A stretch of DNA of 64,000 nucleotides, taken from contig NC_043006.1 of assembly GCF_006345805.1 (NCBI RefSeq), positions 59,830,001-59,894,000 of the forward strand. Reading direction: 5' to 3'. This document shows positions 36,330 to 48,750 of this stretch, one piece after another (the first letter of the stretch is position 1; each line of letters starts with the position of its first letter). Under the pieces are notes generated by a model that worked only from the letters and a program-made list of their open reading frames with translations, was not told where the DNA came from and did not search any database. This stretch comes from Octopus sinensis. Its lineage: Eukaryota. The translations under genes were made by a program, and so were the position numbers.

Positions 36330-36516
36330 TGGATAAAACAAATCAAGGCTGGTGAAGTTGTTAAAACTGGCTTCAAGTTTAACCAATGAAGGAAGAAACT
36401 TTGCAATATTAAGTTTATTGAGGTTCTGGCGACTCAGGTTGAGGTGAGTAATTGTGGAAGGTACATTTTGCTCAGATAGCAAGCTGGGTTCAATGTTGCC
36501 ATCAGTGTAGCTTTTA
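36330..36516 (-). CDS. LRRC9: LRRC9-like exon 12 (187 nt, phase 2-0)
   Basis: aaacag|T...CCA|gtaagt; LRR: ITHLNLSRQNLNKLNIAKFLPSLVKLEASFNNFTSLD. Confidence 0.9.
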
Positions 36517-36966
36517 CTGTTTCAAGAGAATAGAGGTAAGAAACAATACACAGTAAAAATAAATCATTGAAACATTGAATGTGGTTGCAGCTTGGTTAAG
36601 TGTGTACATATTTGTGTATTTGTTTAGGCTATGTACCAAGTCTCAATAGTTAGTTTCTAATGAATCACATTTATTTACTTAACGACATTACAAAAGTTAA
36701 TTGCTGAATGCTGTTATGTTGAATACCATGTTTCTAAATGTTTATTTGGCTAGAGGTGAGAATGTGTGTTGGTAAGTGAGATTAATATATTTTTATGCTG
36801 AGCAAAAGGTGAGAAAGTTTTGTGCTTGTGGCAGACAAAGCGATTCTTTTTAACCCGGGGTCAAGTGGTGTGGCTGACCAAAAATCCTATGGATAACATC
36901 TATGTACATCTCTCTTCTATTGAACCTCTGTGCTATTTGTCTTGTGTGTCTACATTTATGATCATA

Positions 36967-37481
36967 CTAGCAGCATAGCCCGGCATTGTCCGGGTATGTA
37001 AGAGCCCCTGGAACAGACATGATGCTCGCTGTGAATTTAAAAAAAATTCCTGCCAATTTGTGAAAGATATTGTCGAAAATATGTCATCTTGAATTTGAAC
37101 GCGATTTCCCAAAATGGCATGATTTTATCGATTTTTTCTGATGGTAAGGTATTGCATGGAAAACTAATGTCAGAATTAAGTTTCTTAGGGTAACATTAAG
37201 CTTCACCATGAGTTTGGTGAAAATCGATTGCAAGTTGCGAAAACTACAACAGAAAATGTGTTGCAAATAAAAAGCTTAGATTCTCGACACTATGTCGAAT
37301 TTATCAATTTTTTTCAGAACTGAGTGTACTTTTCAAAATTTTCGCTGCGTTAGTTTTGAATTATGACATTGGGCTATGTGTGTGTCAAGTTTCATCAGAA
37401 TCGGTTGAAAGCCGTGGTCAGGGTGAGGACACAACCTGACAGACACACAGACATACAAACTGCCGTTTATATATAGAGAGA
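36967..37481 (-). mobile_element. non-autonomous Helitron
   Basis: minus strand A|TC...CCCGG-acaatg-CCGGG hairpin...CTAG|T; no TSD. Confidence 0.8.
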
Positions 37482-38029
37482 TTTGAGCAGGAAACTGTGG
37501 GAATTTCTATTCATATCATGCGATCATGTGAATACACCTGAAACATGATTGCTTAAAATGCAGGCCAAAGTCAGCTGATATGTTGTGGCCTTTTTCTTGT
37601 TACTGAAATATCATTATACTGGAGGAGTTCCAGGTGATATTGGAGGTATACATTTAGTGGGCTAAGTTGATTGGCTTGCATCTTGACACTTAGAGAAACA
37701 AGTCCATGCAGGGTGGTAGCTTCTGCTACTGTGTTGTACAATCTATCTTTGATAATATTCAACTTTCATCATCTTGTGGTAAATATAAATCCCACAAATT
37801 TCAAGCTTTGTGCCTATAGTAAAAAGGATTATTATTATTATTGTTAAATTTTACTTCTCAGAGCTCTCAATCTTACTTGCTCCGGTTAATTCTGTGAGAG
37901 TGGACAGCAACCTGTTGTTAAAGGTCTCACTGGGTCTCTTTCCATGAATTATAAGATTTGGTACTTAGATGTTAAGCATCGTGGAACATTATTATTGTTA
38001 TTATCATCATCATCATCATCATCAGAATT

Positions 38030-39445
38030 TATGATGGGCTGCCCTTGGGAGCTCCTTTATACTGATGACCTTGTTCTTATTGCTAAATCACAATCAGAAC
38101 TAGAGAAGAAATTTCAAGTGTGGAAGCAAGGTTTGGAATCAAAGGCCTTAGAGTAAATTTAGCAATGGTCAAAGTATTAGTAAGTAAGAATTCAGACAAA
38201 TTATACATCCTTTCAAGGAGATGGTTCTGACTGATATGTAGAAAAGGCATAGGTAGAAACTCCATAAAGTGTACATGGTGCAAGTTATGGACATATAAGA
38301 GGCACAGCAATATCAGAGGCAGGTTAACTGAAAAAGAAGTCTTTGTGTGTAGCAGATGTATAGATACAATAAACAATAGTATTGTACAGAAAATAGACTT
38401 CATTAAATGCCAAGCAGAGATACTTAGAAGTAGTAGACAGCTTCAGTGGAGGTGGATGTTCTGAGAGCATTGCAGCTTGTGTAAGAATAGGCTGGGCCAA
38501 GTTCAGAGAGCTTATACCTTTGTTGGTAACAAAGGGCCTCTCCCTCAGAGTCAAATGCAGATTGTACGATGTCTGTGTATGAACAGCCATGCAGTGAAAC
38601 ATGGGCTGTGACTACAGAGGACATGAAGCTTGAAAGAAATGAAGCTAGCAGACTTTGATGGATGTGTAATGTTCAGTGTGCATGTACAACAGAATGTAAG
38701 CATCTTGAGAGAAATGTTGGGCATAAGAGGCATCGAATGTGGTGTGCAAAAGAGATGACTGCGTTGGTAGGGTCCTGTAATGCATATGGACAAGGACAGC
38801 TGTGTGAAGAAATGCCAATCTCTAATTGCGGAGGGAATCTGCAGAAGAGGTAGATCCAGGAAGACATGAGATGAGGTGATGAAGCATGATCTTCAAACAC
38901 TGGGCCTCATGGAGCAATGACAAGTAACTGAGATCTTTGGTGATATGCTGTGCTAGAGAAGACCCGTCAAGCCAAGTGAAATCACAACCATAGCTGATGC
39001 CAATGTCGTGTAACTGGTACTCATGCTGGTGGTATGTAAAAAAGCACCCTTCAAACGTTGGGCAATATGCTGTGTCTGAGAAGACCCACAAAGCCAAGTG
39101 AAATTGTAGTTGTGACCAATGCCAGAGTTGTATATCTGGTATTCATGCCGGTGGCATGTAAAAAGCACCCTTCGAACTTTGGGCCCCATGGCCTATCAAG
39201 CCAAGTGAGATTGTAGTCATGGCCAATGCTGGTGTTTCATAACTGGCACCTGTGCTGGTGGCATGTAAAAAGCACCCACTACACTTTTGGAATGGTTGGC
39301 ATTAGGAAGGGCATCCAGCTGTAGAAACCATGCCAAATCACACTGAAACCTGGTGCAGCTCTCCAGCTTACCAATTTTCAGTCAAACCGTCCAACCCATG
39401 CCAGCATGGAAAACAGACATTAAATGATGATGATGATGATGATAT
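38030..39445 (+). mobile_element. decayed 5'-truncated RTE LINE
   Basis: CPWELLYTDDLVLIA.., three 3' UTR units ending gccggtggcatgtaaaaagcacc, (GAT)n tail. Confidence 0.85.
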
Positions 39446-39467
39446 TTACATACTTATTCATGCTTAC

Positions 39468-39628
39468 TTGTATGTTTCATAGACTTCTTCTGTGAGATTC
39501 TTTATCATATCTTGGATATAAGTATTCTCATTTAAAGATATCCACTGTGACAAGAATTTCTTCTCCACCTCCTCACTAACATCCTGATATGGTTCCTTCA
39601 GTTGTAAAAATGGGTTCATAATTTCATC
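39468..39628 (-). CDS. LRRC9: LRRC9-like exon 11 (161 nt, phase 0-2)
   Basis: tttcag|GAT...AA|gtaagc; open frame DEIMNPFLQLKEPYQDVSEEVEKKFLSQWISLNENTYIQDMIKNLTEEVYETY; phases fit. Confidence 0.75.
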
Positions 39629-39679
39629 CTGAAACCATAACAAACAAAACAGAAATTAGAACATAGCTCATTGATGTAT

Positions 39680-39990
39680 AATTTAATTATATGAAATTCG
39701 AGCGAGGTCGTTGCCAGTGCCACTGGACTGGTTCCTGTGCAGGTGGCACATATAAAGCACCATTTGAGCGTGGCCATTGCCAGTACCGCCTGACTGGCCC
39801 TTGTGCCGGTGGCAAGTAAAAGCACCCACTACACTCTTGGAGTGGTTGGCGTTAAAAAGGGCATCCAGCAGTAGAAGCTCTGCCAGATCAGATTGGAGTC
39901 TGGTGCAGCCATCTGGTTTGCCAAACCTCAGTCAAATCGTCCAACCCATGCCAGCATGGAAAGCAGACGTTAAACGATGATGATGATGAA
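39680..39990 (+). mobile_element. RTE 3' UTR fragment
   Basis: hairpin units, terminal stem-loop and (GAT)n. Confidence 0.8.
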
Positions 39991-40130
39991 ACATACATTT
40001 CTTTATCTTTCATCTGTTTGGAGTCAGTAAAATAAGTAACAGTTGAGCACTGGGGTCAATGTAATTGACTACCACCTCCCCCAAAATGGCAGGCCTTGCG
40101 CTAAGATTTGAAATCAATGTGAATATAGTC

Positions 40131-40543
40131 TGTAAGCTGGCAGAATCATTAGCATGCTGGACAAAATGCCTTGTGGTATTTCTTCCATCTTTAGAATCTG
40201 AGTTCAAATTCCACTGAGGTCGACTTTGCCTTTCATACTCTTGGAGTCAATGAAATAAGTACTAGTTGATGTAATCAGCTAGCCTCTGCTGCCCCCTCAC
40301 CAAATTCAGGCCTTATGCTTATAGTAGAAAGGATAGTGCATACTTAATACATTACTCTAAAGTATGAATATATTTTCTACACTAGGCACAAGGCCTGACA
40401 TTTTTGGGGAGAGAACCAGTCGATTAGATCGACCTCAGTACACAACTGGTACTTAATTTATTGACCCCAAAAGGATGATAGGCAACGAAATGCCACAAAG
40501 CATTTTGCCTGGCATGCTAACATTTCTGCCAGCTCGCCGCCTT
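40131..40543. mobile_element. inverted pair of Nin-like SINEs (+ 40131-40335; - 40370-40543)
   Basis: gagctggcagaa..ttctgagttcaaattcc head and gactttgcctttcatcc..ggggtcaataaattaagtaccagt block on opposite strands. Confidence 0.7.
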
Positions 40544-41099
40544 AAAGCATAAATATATTGAGGTCTAACAGCTGGTTATTAGTAATACTTTGTCAAAGTG
40601 AAATCATTAAATAGAATTTTATTTATAATAATGAACACTTGGGTCAAGCATCTAGGAGAAGAAAACTGCAAATACCAAACAAATTAAATGAAGCACGTTA
40701 CTATCGGATTAGGAAATAAAAGTCAGTTTCAGTTTATGATATTATTCTTCTGTGGTCAATGTTTGTCCTGTGTAAGACATTAAACTACTTCTAGAGGTGA
40801 TGCTCCAGCTTAAGAGTTCTGGAGTTTGGGAGAGCATGGGGTTACTCACTAGTAACTACTACTCCCAGGTCTGCTCTTGCCTGGAGTGGTGGTTTCTGTC
40901 AAAGGCCCAGTTAATGGCCAAATAAAAGATGGTACTGACATTAATGCATACAGCACTTGGGGGATGGCTGGTCTCTGGACATGTGTCACACAGGCCTACT
41001 AGAGTGTGGACAAGCGCTGATATCACATAGATCAATCCCTGCTTCCACCTAAGGATTAAACAGGCTCTGTGTCCTAAGGGTAAGCTTGGGAGGGAAAAT

Positions 41100-41390
41100 G
41101 TCAATGCTTTCATCTCCTTTCCCACAGATTCTATATTTGCTCTCTGACTGAGTTTTATCTATCCTTGCCTTTATGAAATACATTCTAACATATTGTTCCT
41201 GAGCAGCAATAATTAGTAATTTATTTTTTCGTTTCGGGTTTTCAACTCTCAACCACAACTAATGTTCTTTACTCCCAACATTCTTAGTTGGTCATATGAA
41301 TTGGCTATGTAAATCCTTCTCTTTCCAGTTATCTGTCCTGTTGTTTTTCTACTTGTTCCTTTAGTAGAATTGATTACCATTATTATTATT
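41100..41390 (-). mobile_element. Dong/R4-clade non-LTR fragment
   Basis: LIIAAQEQYVRMYFIKARIDKTQSESKYRICGKGDESID resembles the R4/Dong pre-zinc-knuckle segment; begins directly after (TAA)n. Confidence 0.7.
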
Positions 41391-41918
41391 ATTAGTAGTA
41401 GTAGTATTTAGCCTCAGGTTAGCTCTGTGTGAGCAAACCTATGAAGAAATGCATAAAAGTTGTGATCACCATGTCTTTGAATACATGGACTATCATCATC
41501 ATATGTGTCCTTCCTTTTTTAAGATGGCAGTGAGTGATCTGAAGGAATTTGGCTGCTATTTCAACCAGACCAAGTCACCACACAGAAGCCCTTTCACTGG
41601 CTAAAACTAAACTCATGGTAGTCTAGAAGACTATGATAATTGTATATGCTCTGTAAAGCAGTTGGCATGAGAAATGGTATCTGTCGCAGAAGCCATGCGA
41701 AGGCAGACATTATAGCTTGGTGCAATCCTCTGGTTTGTTGGTTCCTGTCAAACTGTTTGACCCGTGTCAGCAGGAAAAACAAATTTTAAATGATGGTGAT
41801 GATAGTGGTGGTGGTGGTGGTGGTGGTGGCAATGGCAATGACAAAGATAACTGTAAGGCCTATGCTAGTAACAACTGAAACCAAAAGAGAATAAAAAGAA
41901 AACAACAATAAAACTTAC

Positions 41919-42043
41919 AGTGAAGTTGTATTTGAATTTTACAATATATTCAGGTACAATGAGACCAGGATTGTAAATGTGCCACTCTCTCTGATTCTGA
42001 AGACATCTACAGGCAGGATGGTCATTGACAGAGTATAAAAAAC
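41919..42043 (-). CDS. LRRC9: LRRC9-like exon 10 (125 nt, phase 1-0)
   Basis: tttcag|GT...ACT|gtaagt; ACRCLQNQREWHIYNPGLIVPEYIVKFKY resembles LRRC9 [28 protein letters not shown]. Confidence 0.9.
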
Positions 42044-42099
42044 CTGAAACAATACAATGTAGAGAAATAGATTACAATATTATTCCACATCATGAGGCA

Positions 42100-42465
42100 G
42101 TAAGATAGTGGAATTGCTTGCATGCCGGCAAAATGATGAGCAACATTTTGTTTGCCTTTAAATTCTGAGACCAAATTCTGCTGAGGTTGACTTTGTCTTT
42201 CATCCTTTAGGGGTCAATAAAATAAATACCAGTTGAGGACATGGATCAATGTAATTGACTTAACCCCCATTCTCTGAAGTGCTGGCTTTGTGCCAAAATT
42301 TGAAATTGACATTATACTACATCATTAAGGTGGCAAGTGACAAGCTGGCTGAATTGTTACCGTACCAGACAAAATACTTAGTGGCATTTCCAACTTCAAA
42401 TTCTGAGTTCAAATGCTGCTGGGGTTGACGTTTCCTTTCATCCTTTTGGGGCCGATAAAATAAGT
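42100..42465 (+). mobile_element. two tandem Nin-like SINE copies
   Basis: aaattctgctgaggttgactttgtctttcatcctttaggggtcaataaaata occurs twice. Confidence 0.65.
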
Positions 42466-42711
42466 GTAGCGAGTCAAGGAAGTGCTACTTTGTTGTTGCG
42501 GATTAGCACAGTTGTGCTTTGGCAACTGCAGCCAATTGGAGCTGGTCGCGTAGCAATAAATACAGCGTCATCTGTCCAGAAGGAATTCTGTTCCGGTCAG
42601 TCAGCCGGCCGGCAGTTAGCAGAAGACTTTATGTGGTTGGTACGTATGCTTATGTGGTTGGTACGTATGCTTCATAATCACACAGCCACATCTGTACCTC
42701 ACACATTTGAA

Positions 42712-42761
<50 letters not shown>

Positions 42762-43092
42762 GAAAGAGAAGGAAAAGAGGAGAAAGAGAGAAAGGAGAGA
42801 AAGAGAGAAAGAGAGAAAGGAGAGAAAGAGAGAAAAAAGGGAGAGGAATTTACATAGTCTTTTATTACATACAATTACTCTTAGAATCTATGATATTCTA
42901 GCAGTTTATGCTCAAATCAACCAGATCCAGCATCTCACACTTATCCTACCATGTCATTCTAAAAATAAACAATCATATCATTGAAATCGCAAAGCTATGA
43001 GTTAATGCATGATTAATTCAAAACAATGTGAATGAATGAGCAGAATAACCTGAATGCTTGAGGGCTAAAGTGGTTTTATGGTTTGGCCTTAC

Positions 43093-43163
43093 CTGACTGC
43101 TTTAACAACATTTTCTTAGTTTTATAAAAGGAAGTGAATTGTGGGTAGTTAGCTGGGTTGAAT
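43093..43163 (-). CDS. LRRC9: LRRC9-like exon 9 (71 nt, phase 2-1)
   Basis: ttgcag|A...G|gtaagg; FNPANYPQFTSFYKTKKMLLKQS resembles LRRC9 SQSNYPMVNSVFIPRKYLL. Confidence 0.85.
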
Positions 43164-43219
43164 CTGCAAAATAGAGGATGGAGAGATATGTTGGACATTA
43201 AATATATTGATGTACAGAG

Positions 43220-43990
43220 CAACAAGCTGGCTTCCATGCCGGTGGCACGTAAAAAAACACCATTCGAGCATGATCGTTACCTGCGTCACCTTACTGGCAC
43301 TTGTGCTGGTGGCACATGAAAAAACATTCGAGCAAGGTCATTGCCAGTGCTGCTGGACTGGCTCCTGTTCAGGTGGCACATAAAAAAACACCATTTGAGC
43401 ATGGCCGTTGCCAGTACCGCCTGACTGGCCCTCGTGCCAGTGGCATGTAAAATCACCTACTACACTCTCGGAGTGGTTGGCGTTAGGAAGGGTATCTAGC
43501 TGTAGAAACTCTGCCTGATCAGACTGGAGTCTGGTGCAGCCATCTGGTTTGCCAGACCTCAGTCAAATCGTCCAACCCATGCTAGCATGGAAAGTGGATA
43601 TTAAATGATGATGATGATGTAGAAGTTATAAACAAGGGGGAGGAGATCCCTGAATCAGAAATAAGGATCTTCATATGTTGAGACTCATGGAGGCAATGAC
43701 AAGTGACTGAGACTTTCGGTGACTTGCTGTGCCTGAGAAGGCATGTGAAGCTAGATGAAATCGTAGTTGTGGTCAGTATCAGTGACATGTAAAAGGGTTC
43801 CATGCTGGTGACACATGAAAGGCACCCATGTTAGTAACATGTTAAAGGCACCCATGCCGGTGACACGTAAAAGACACCTGGTGCATTTTGTTGGGTGGAT
43901 GGCATTAGAAAGGGCATCCAGCCATAGAAACCGAGCCAAAACAGACTGGAGCCCGGTGCAGCTCTTTGGTTTACCCGTTCCAGTCAAACT
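43220..43990 (+). mobile_element. two consecutive RTE 3' fragments
   Basis: four hairpin units and (GAT)n to 43619; an older copy follows. Confidence 0.8.
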
Positions 43991-44581
43991 AGGTGTACCA
44001 TGAATTTTCTAAAATATAACTTAAGGCTACAAAAAATCCTTAGTAAGGCTTGGGATGCTGGAAACAATTTTGTTGTACATAAGTCATCACCATCCCTGCT
44101 CCATCATCATTTAACATCCAGCTTCCAAGCTGACATGTGTTAGACAGTTTAACCCAGGTTCCATTCGTGATGTTAATGGAGTAGATTCTACTGCATGCAT
44201 TCTGACTATATCTTCGATCTGAGGATATTCTATGAGATGTGGTTTCTTTATACCATTATGTACAGCACTCTCAAAGATTCTGTGAAAGTTAACAGAAGCT
44301 GCCATTTATTCTTGGGTTAATCTTTCTACTCAGTTTCATTCACACGATTGGATAGAATACACTTATCCAAGGTACCACACAGTGGAGTTGGACCTGAAAC
44401 ACTGTGATTGCTATGTAAACTTCTTAAAGTCCCAGCCAAAGGATTTACCATTGCTGTGAAATATATGAAATGTTTTATGACTTCATGTAACGTTCCTCCT
44501 GACTTTCCCCACCACACACACGCCAGAGGTCAACCCCACCACACACACACCAGAGGCAGCAGCAAAATTGTCTTTACTCAC

Positions 44582-44642
44582 TTTTTATCATCCTCAATCA
44601 TGACTGGATTTCCTGTAAACACACGACAAATAAGCAACCTCC
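44582..44642 (-). CDS. LRRC9: LRRC9-like exon 8 (61 nt, phase 1-2)
   Basis: tgacag|GG...AA|gtgagt; GRLLICRVFTGNPVMIEDDK resembles LRRC9 GILLITKVFLGQSV. Confidence 0.85.
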
Positions 44643-44884
44643 CTGTCAAAAAAATAATTTTTTAAACTTTATATATATATGCAGCACAAAGTTTTGTCAG
44701 TGAACAGGTTGTGGTTTCAAAGCGACGAAAATATAATGACAAATTAAATTTAAATGTTGAAGTGAATCTAACGGTTTTTGTGTGTTTCTTAAATGGCTTA
44801 TAAACACCTTCCACGCTGCAATTGTTTTCGTTCCAGCACATGAGCTCAGATCAAGTCACTCGCTATGCAAGTACATCTCCGTAA

Positions 44885-44945
<61 letters not shown>

Positions 44946-44948
<3 letters not shown>

Positions 44949-45350
44949 GCAGGAGTGGCTGTGTGGTAAGTAGCTTGCTAACCAACCACATGGCTCCGGG
45001 TTTAGTCCCACTGCATGGCATCTTGGGCAAGTGTCTTCTGCTATAGCCCCGGGCCGACCAATGCCTTGTGAGTGGATTTGGTAGATGGAAACTGAAAGAT
45101 GCCTGTCGTATATATGTATATATATATATGTGTGTGTGTATGTGTGTGTGTTTGTGTGTTTGTCCCCCTAGCATTGCTTGACAACCGATGCTGGTGTGTT
45201 TACGTCCCCGTCACTTAGCGGTTCGGCAAAAGAGACCGATAGAATAAGTACTGGGCTTACAAAGAATAAGTCCCGGGGTCGATTTGCTCGACTAAAGGCG
45301 GTGCTCCAGCATGGCCGCAGTCAAATGACTGAAACAAGTAAAAGATAAAA
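44946..45350 (+). mobile_element. composite SINE, young copy
   Basis: gcaggagtggctgtgtggtaagtagcttgc head through cagtcaaatgactgaaacaagtaaaaga. Confidence 0.85.
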
Positions 45351-45383
45351 GATATAAAGATATATATATATATATACACACAC

Positions 45384-45455
<72 letters not shown>

Positions 45456-45461
45456 ACTTCT

Positions 45462-45667
45462 TTATTGCCCATAGGGGGCTAAACACAGAGGGGACAAACA
45501 AAGGGATTAAGTTGATTACATTGACCCCCAGTGCATAACTGGTACTTATTTAATTGACCCCGAAAGGATGAAAGGCAAAGTCGACCTCGGTGGAATTTGA
45601 ACTCAGAACATAATGGCAGACGAAATACCGCTAAGCATTTCGCCCAACATGCCAACGATTCTGCCAT
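45462..45667 (-). mobile_element. Nin-like SINE, near complete
   Basis: minus strand ggcagaatcgttggc..ttctgagttcaaattccaccgaggtcgactttgcctttcatcctttcggggtc..ggcaataaagaa. Confidence 0.75.
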
Positions 45668-46255
45668 TAGAGATAACTGTCATCACAACAGCCACAACAG
45701 TCTTATTTTAATGTCCACTTTAAAGGTTTGCATGGTTTAGAAAGAATCTGTTGAAGTAGACTTTCTTATGGCTACATGCCCTTCCTGCCAGCAGTGCTTG
45801 CCTGTTTCTAAGCAAGGTGTAATATTTTGCCAAAGAAGGACATGTTTTGACAAAAGATTGCAAACACAGCACACCACTTAGATAAAGGTGATGCTTGTTT
45901 ACAACAATTATGTAATGACCAGTGTGCTAACGATTCTGCCAGCTCACCGTCTTTAAAAAAGGTGGAAAGCTAGATTAGTGGGTACAATCCATTAGATCAT
46001 TATTTCACAAGCTTTTTATTTCTAAAGACCCTCTTTTATTTAAATGAATTTTCCCAGTCTCCAGGGCAGTCTCCTGGATAAGGCCAATTTTATTTACTAA
46101 CAAAAATGTCGTTTTCTGTGTTTCATCTTTCAATTGACAGATACGTGTACGTAACTGAATTTTGTAATTAGCTTGAAGCATTGTTGATGTGTAAATGACA
46201 TAAATATTTTTCAGAAGACATTAAAATAATGCAGGTGAGACAAAATATTGCATCA

Positions 46256-46755
46256 TCTCTATATCTATAAACGGCAAAATGCCTGTGTATCTGTGTGTCC
46301 TTTATACAAATCCACAGTTTTTCATGTAAAATGCTCGCATTTTCTATGGGCTTTCAAAACTGTCTGAGTGTGACCGTGAAGATCTTTTCATTTCCCCAGT
46401 CACCCCAGAAAGCCATTAGAAAAATCAATAAACCGACCCCTTATGCCCATATGTTATTTTGCGACCGAATTCGAGTTTTTCGCTTTTTTCTGCCTCCTTT
46501 TTTGTCCGACTAATGGCATGTGCACAGTCCCACTAATTTTCCATGATTATGCCAGTCCAAGTGTGAAAACCGAAGTCCAATGAATTTTAATTACTCTCAT
46601 AAAAAGCTCCAACTAGCTCATAAACAACAAAACTGGCCCAAGCTGAAATGTGATAAGAAACTTAGCTCTTGATTTAGTGAGAAATTTTTACTGCGACCCG
46701 GCAACGAACAACAAGCACTAGCACTAGACCTGGCAGTGCCAGATCATAGCACTAG
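46256..46755 (+). mobile_element. non-autonomous Helitron
   Basis: A|TC start sharing TATAAACGGCA with the 36967 element; 3' CTGGCA-G-TGCCAG hairpin, then CTAG|T. Confidence 0.7.
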
Positions 46756-47983
46756 TCCTACACAGATCGTTTAATGCTTCTGTTATATATCAGAAAATAT
46801 TCCTTCTATCAAAATTAAGATGGAAAAATAATCCAATTATCTACTGCTATTAATACTATCTTATAGTTCAGCTGCTGATCAGTGACCTTCCTTACACATT
46901 CACAAAACCTCTACTTACCTGGATACTTACTACTGTTATTCAAAGGTTCACCTCATTACTTGCTGCTACCGATGCAATCTATCTTTACCAACCACAATTA
47001 TAAAAACTATAAATACATCAATGCTTTCTCTCACAACTCTCCAGAATTACTTGCCAGTTTTAACACTTTTTGCCTCAACTCTTAGATTATTTTCTTTCTT
47101 ATATTTAATTTGTAGTTCTTATATTTGATTTGGGGAATTTTTCCCAAAATAAAATTGGAGAATTTAACAACATATGTAAAATAATACATCTTTCCTTTGT
47201 TTCTATTTATTGACATCACCTCACATATTTTGCCAAACTTTTCACTTGCTTTACTTAAAGCTTCTTTTTTAAATATTTACATCTGTACTGCAGCTTTTAT
47301 AATTCTGAAAACAAGCGATGGACCCCCATTAATACTCTAGTACACCCTTAATACTAACTCAGTGAACTCTTAGGACTCTTCAGTCTTAAGGTAGGGAACT
47401 GCAGCATAGATCAAGTGGTACTTTATCTATTCCACGAAGATAGAAGGCAAAGTTAATCCTGATGTGATATGAATCTAGAAAAACTATAGCATGTAACAAA
47501 TACCTCCAAAGTATTTCATTATCTGATGCTCTGCCAATTCTATTCTGTTGTAAAACAACAACACAATAAAAATGAATGTAACAGCACATGTATTTTTTAA
47601 CTAATATAGTATAGTTGACATATAACAAATGTGACTCACAAACATACGAAAACTGTTAGTTTCACTGCAATATTTAAAATTCATTTGTGCCAAAATATTT
47701 TCATCGCTTTGAAACTGTGACCTTAGTACTTGTGCTAGCATGAGTTTTGTCAGTGAACAGTGAAACTAATGGTTTTTGTGTGTTCTTGAATGGCTTACAA
47801 ACATCTTCTATGGTGCAATTGTTTTTGATTCAGTACACGATCTCAGATCAAGTCACTTGCTATGCAAGTACATCTCCATAATGTGACTCAACCTTTATGT
47901 AATTGTGTTATAACCTCAATATATGTTCTTATCAAATCTCTAATGGAATAGCTACAGCAATGGAAATATAATTTTGTTTTTAC

Positions 47984-48107
47984 CATATTTGATTTGGAAA
48001 GAATCTTCAGATTCAGTATGGTTTCGCATACCCAGATTTTTTAGTCTTTGGAGATCAGCAAAATAAAGGCAGTTGTACAGTTTAATAGCATTGTCTTCAT
48101 TTTGTGC
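47984..48107 (-). CDS. LRRC9: LRRC9-like exon 7 (124 nt, phase 0-1)
   Basis: ttccag|GCA...G|gtaaaa; AQNEDNAIKLYNCLYFADLQRLKNLGMRNHTESEDSFQIKYG. Confidence 0.8.
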
Positions 48108-48414
48108 CTGGAAAGATATGAAATTAAAACTAGCATTACATCTGTGTTATTATAAGAAATTATTACATAATCATAGGAAATTTTTATTATATACACTAGA
48201 GTTTCTGTGCCAGCATACAATGAAGAGATTAATAATGTAAAAATTAAGTGGAATTACATGTTCACTGAGGGGAAGCCCTCTTTCAAAAGAGAGCTTCTAT
48301 GTAATCACTTGTTCTAGAAATTGTAACCAAATCTCCCTCAATTCATATCCTACTATCTTGAATTAGGAAAGGACACATTAGATAAGGTAGTCCTACATAT
48401 CTTTAGTTAAAAGG

Positions 48415-48750
48415 GTAAAGACCCCCTTTGATCATGAATAACTGCAGGATTGCACCTAGAAAGTTCCCCTCTGGGGCACAGATCCTGGCAAGGTTGTTTA
48501 TGGAAGACCAGCAGTCACCCATGCATACCAGTCTCCTCTCTCCATGCCACCAATGTTATCCAAAGGAAAGGCAAATGCTGATACAGCTTGGCATGAGTGA
48601 TGTCACAACTCATTTCTACAGCTGAGTGAATGGGAGCAATGTGAAATGAAGTGTCTTGCTCAAGAACACAACACACAACTTGGTCCAGGAATCAAACTCA
48701 CTACCTCATGACTGTGAGCCTGATGCTCTAACCACTGACCCATGCATACC
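48415..48750 (-). mobile_element. tRNA-derived SINE with CORE-like block
   Basis: minus strand gtggttagagc..gtttgattcc, ttgtgttcttgagcaagacacttcatttc. Confidence 0.7.

Noticed and set aside
37571-37762. 63-codon minus-strand ORF between exons 11 and 12
   Set aside because: No good splice sites and no similarity; exons 11 and 12 already join in phase.
44111-44305. ORF containing EYPQIEDIV as an LRRC9 exon
   Set aside because: Splice phases do not fit; exons 44582-44642 and 43093-43163 supply the homologous sequence.
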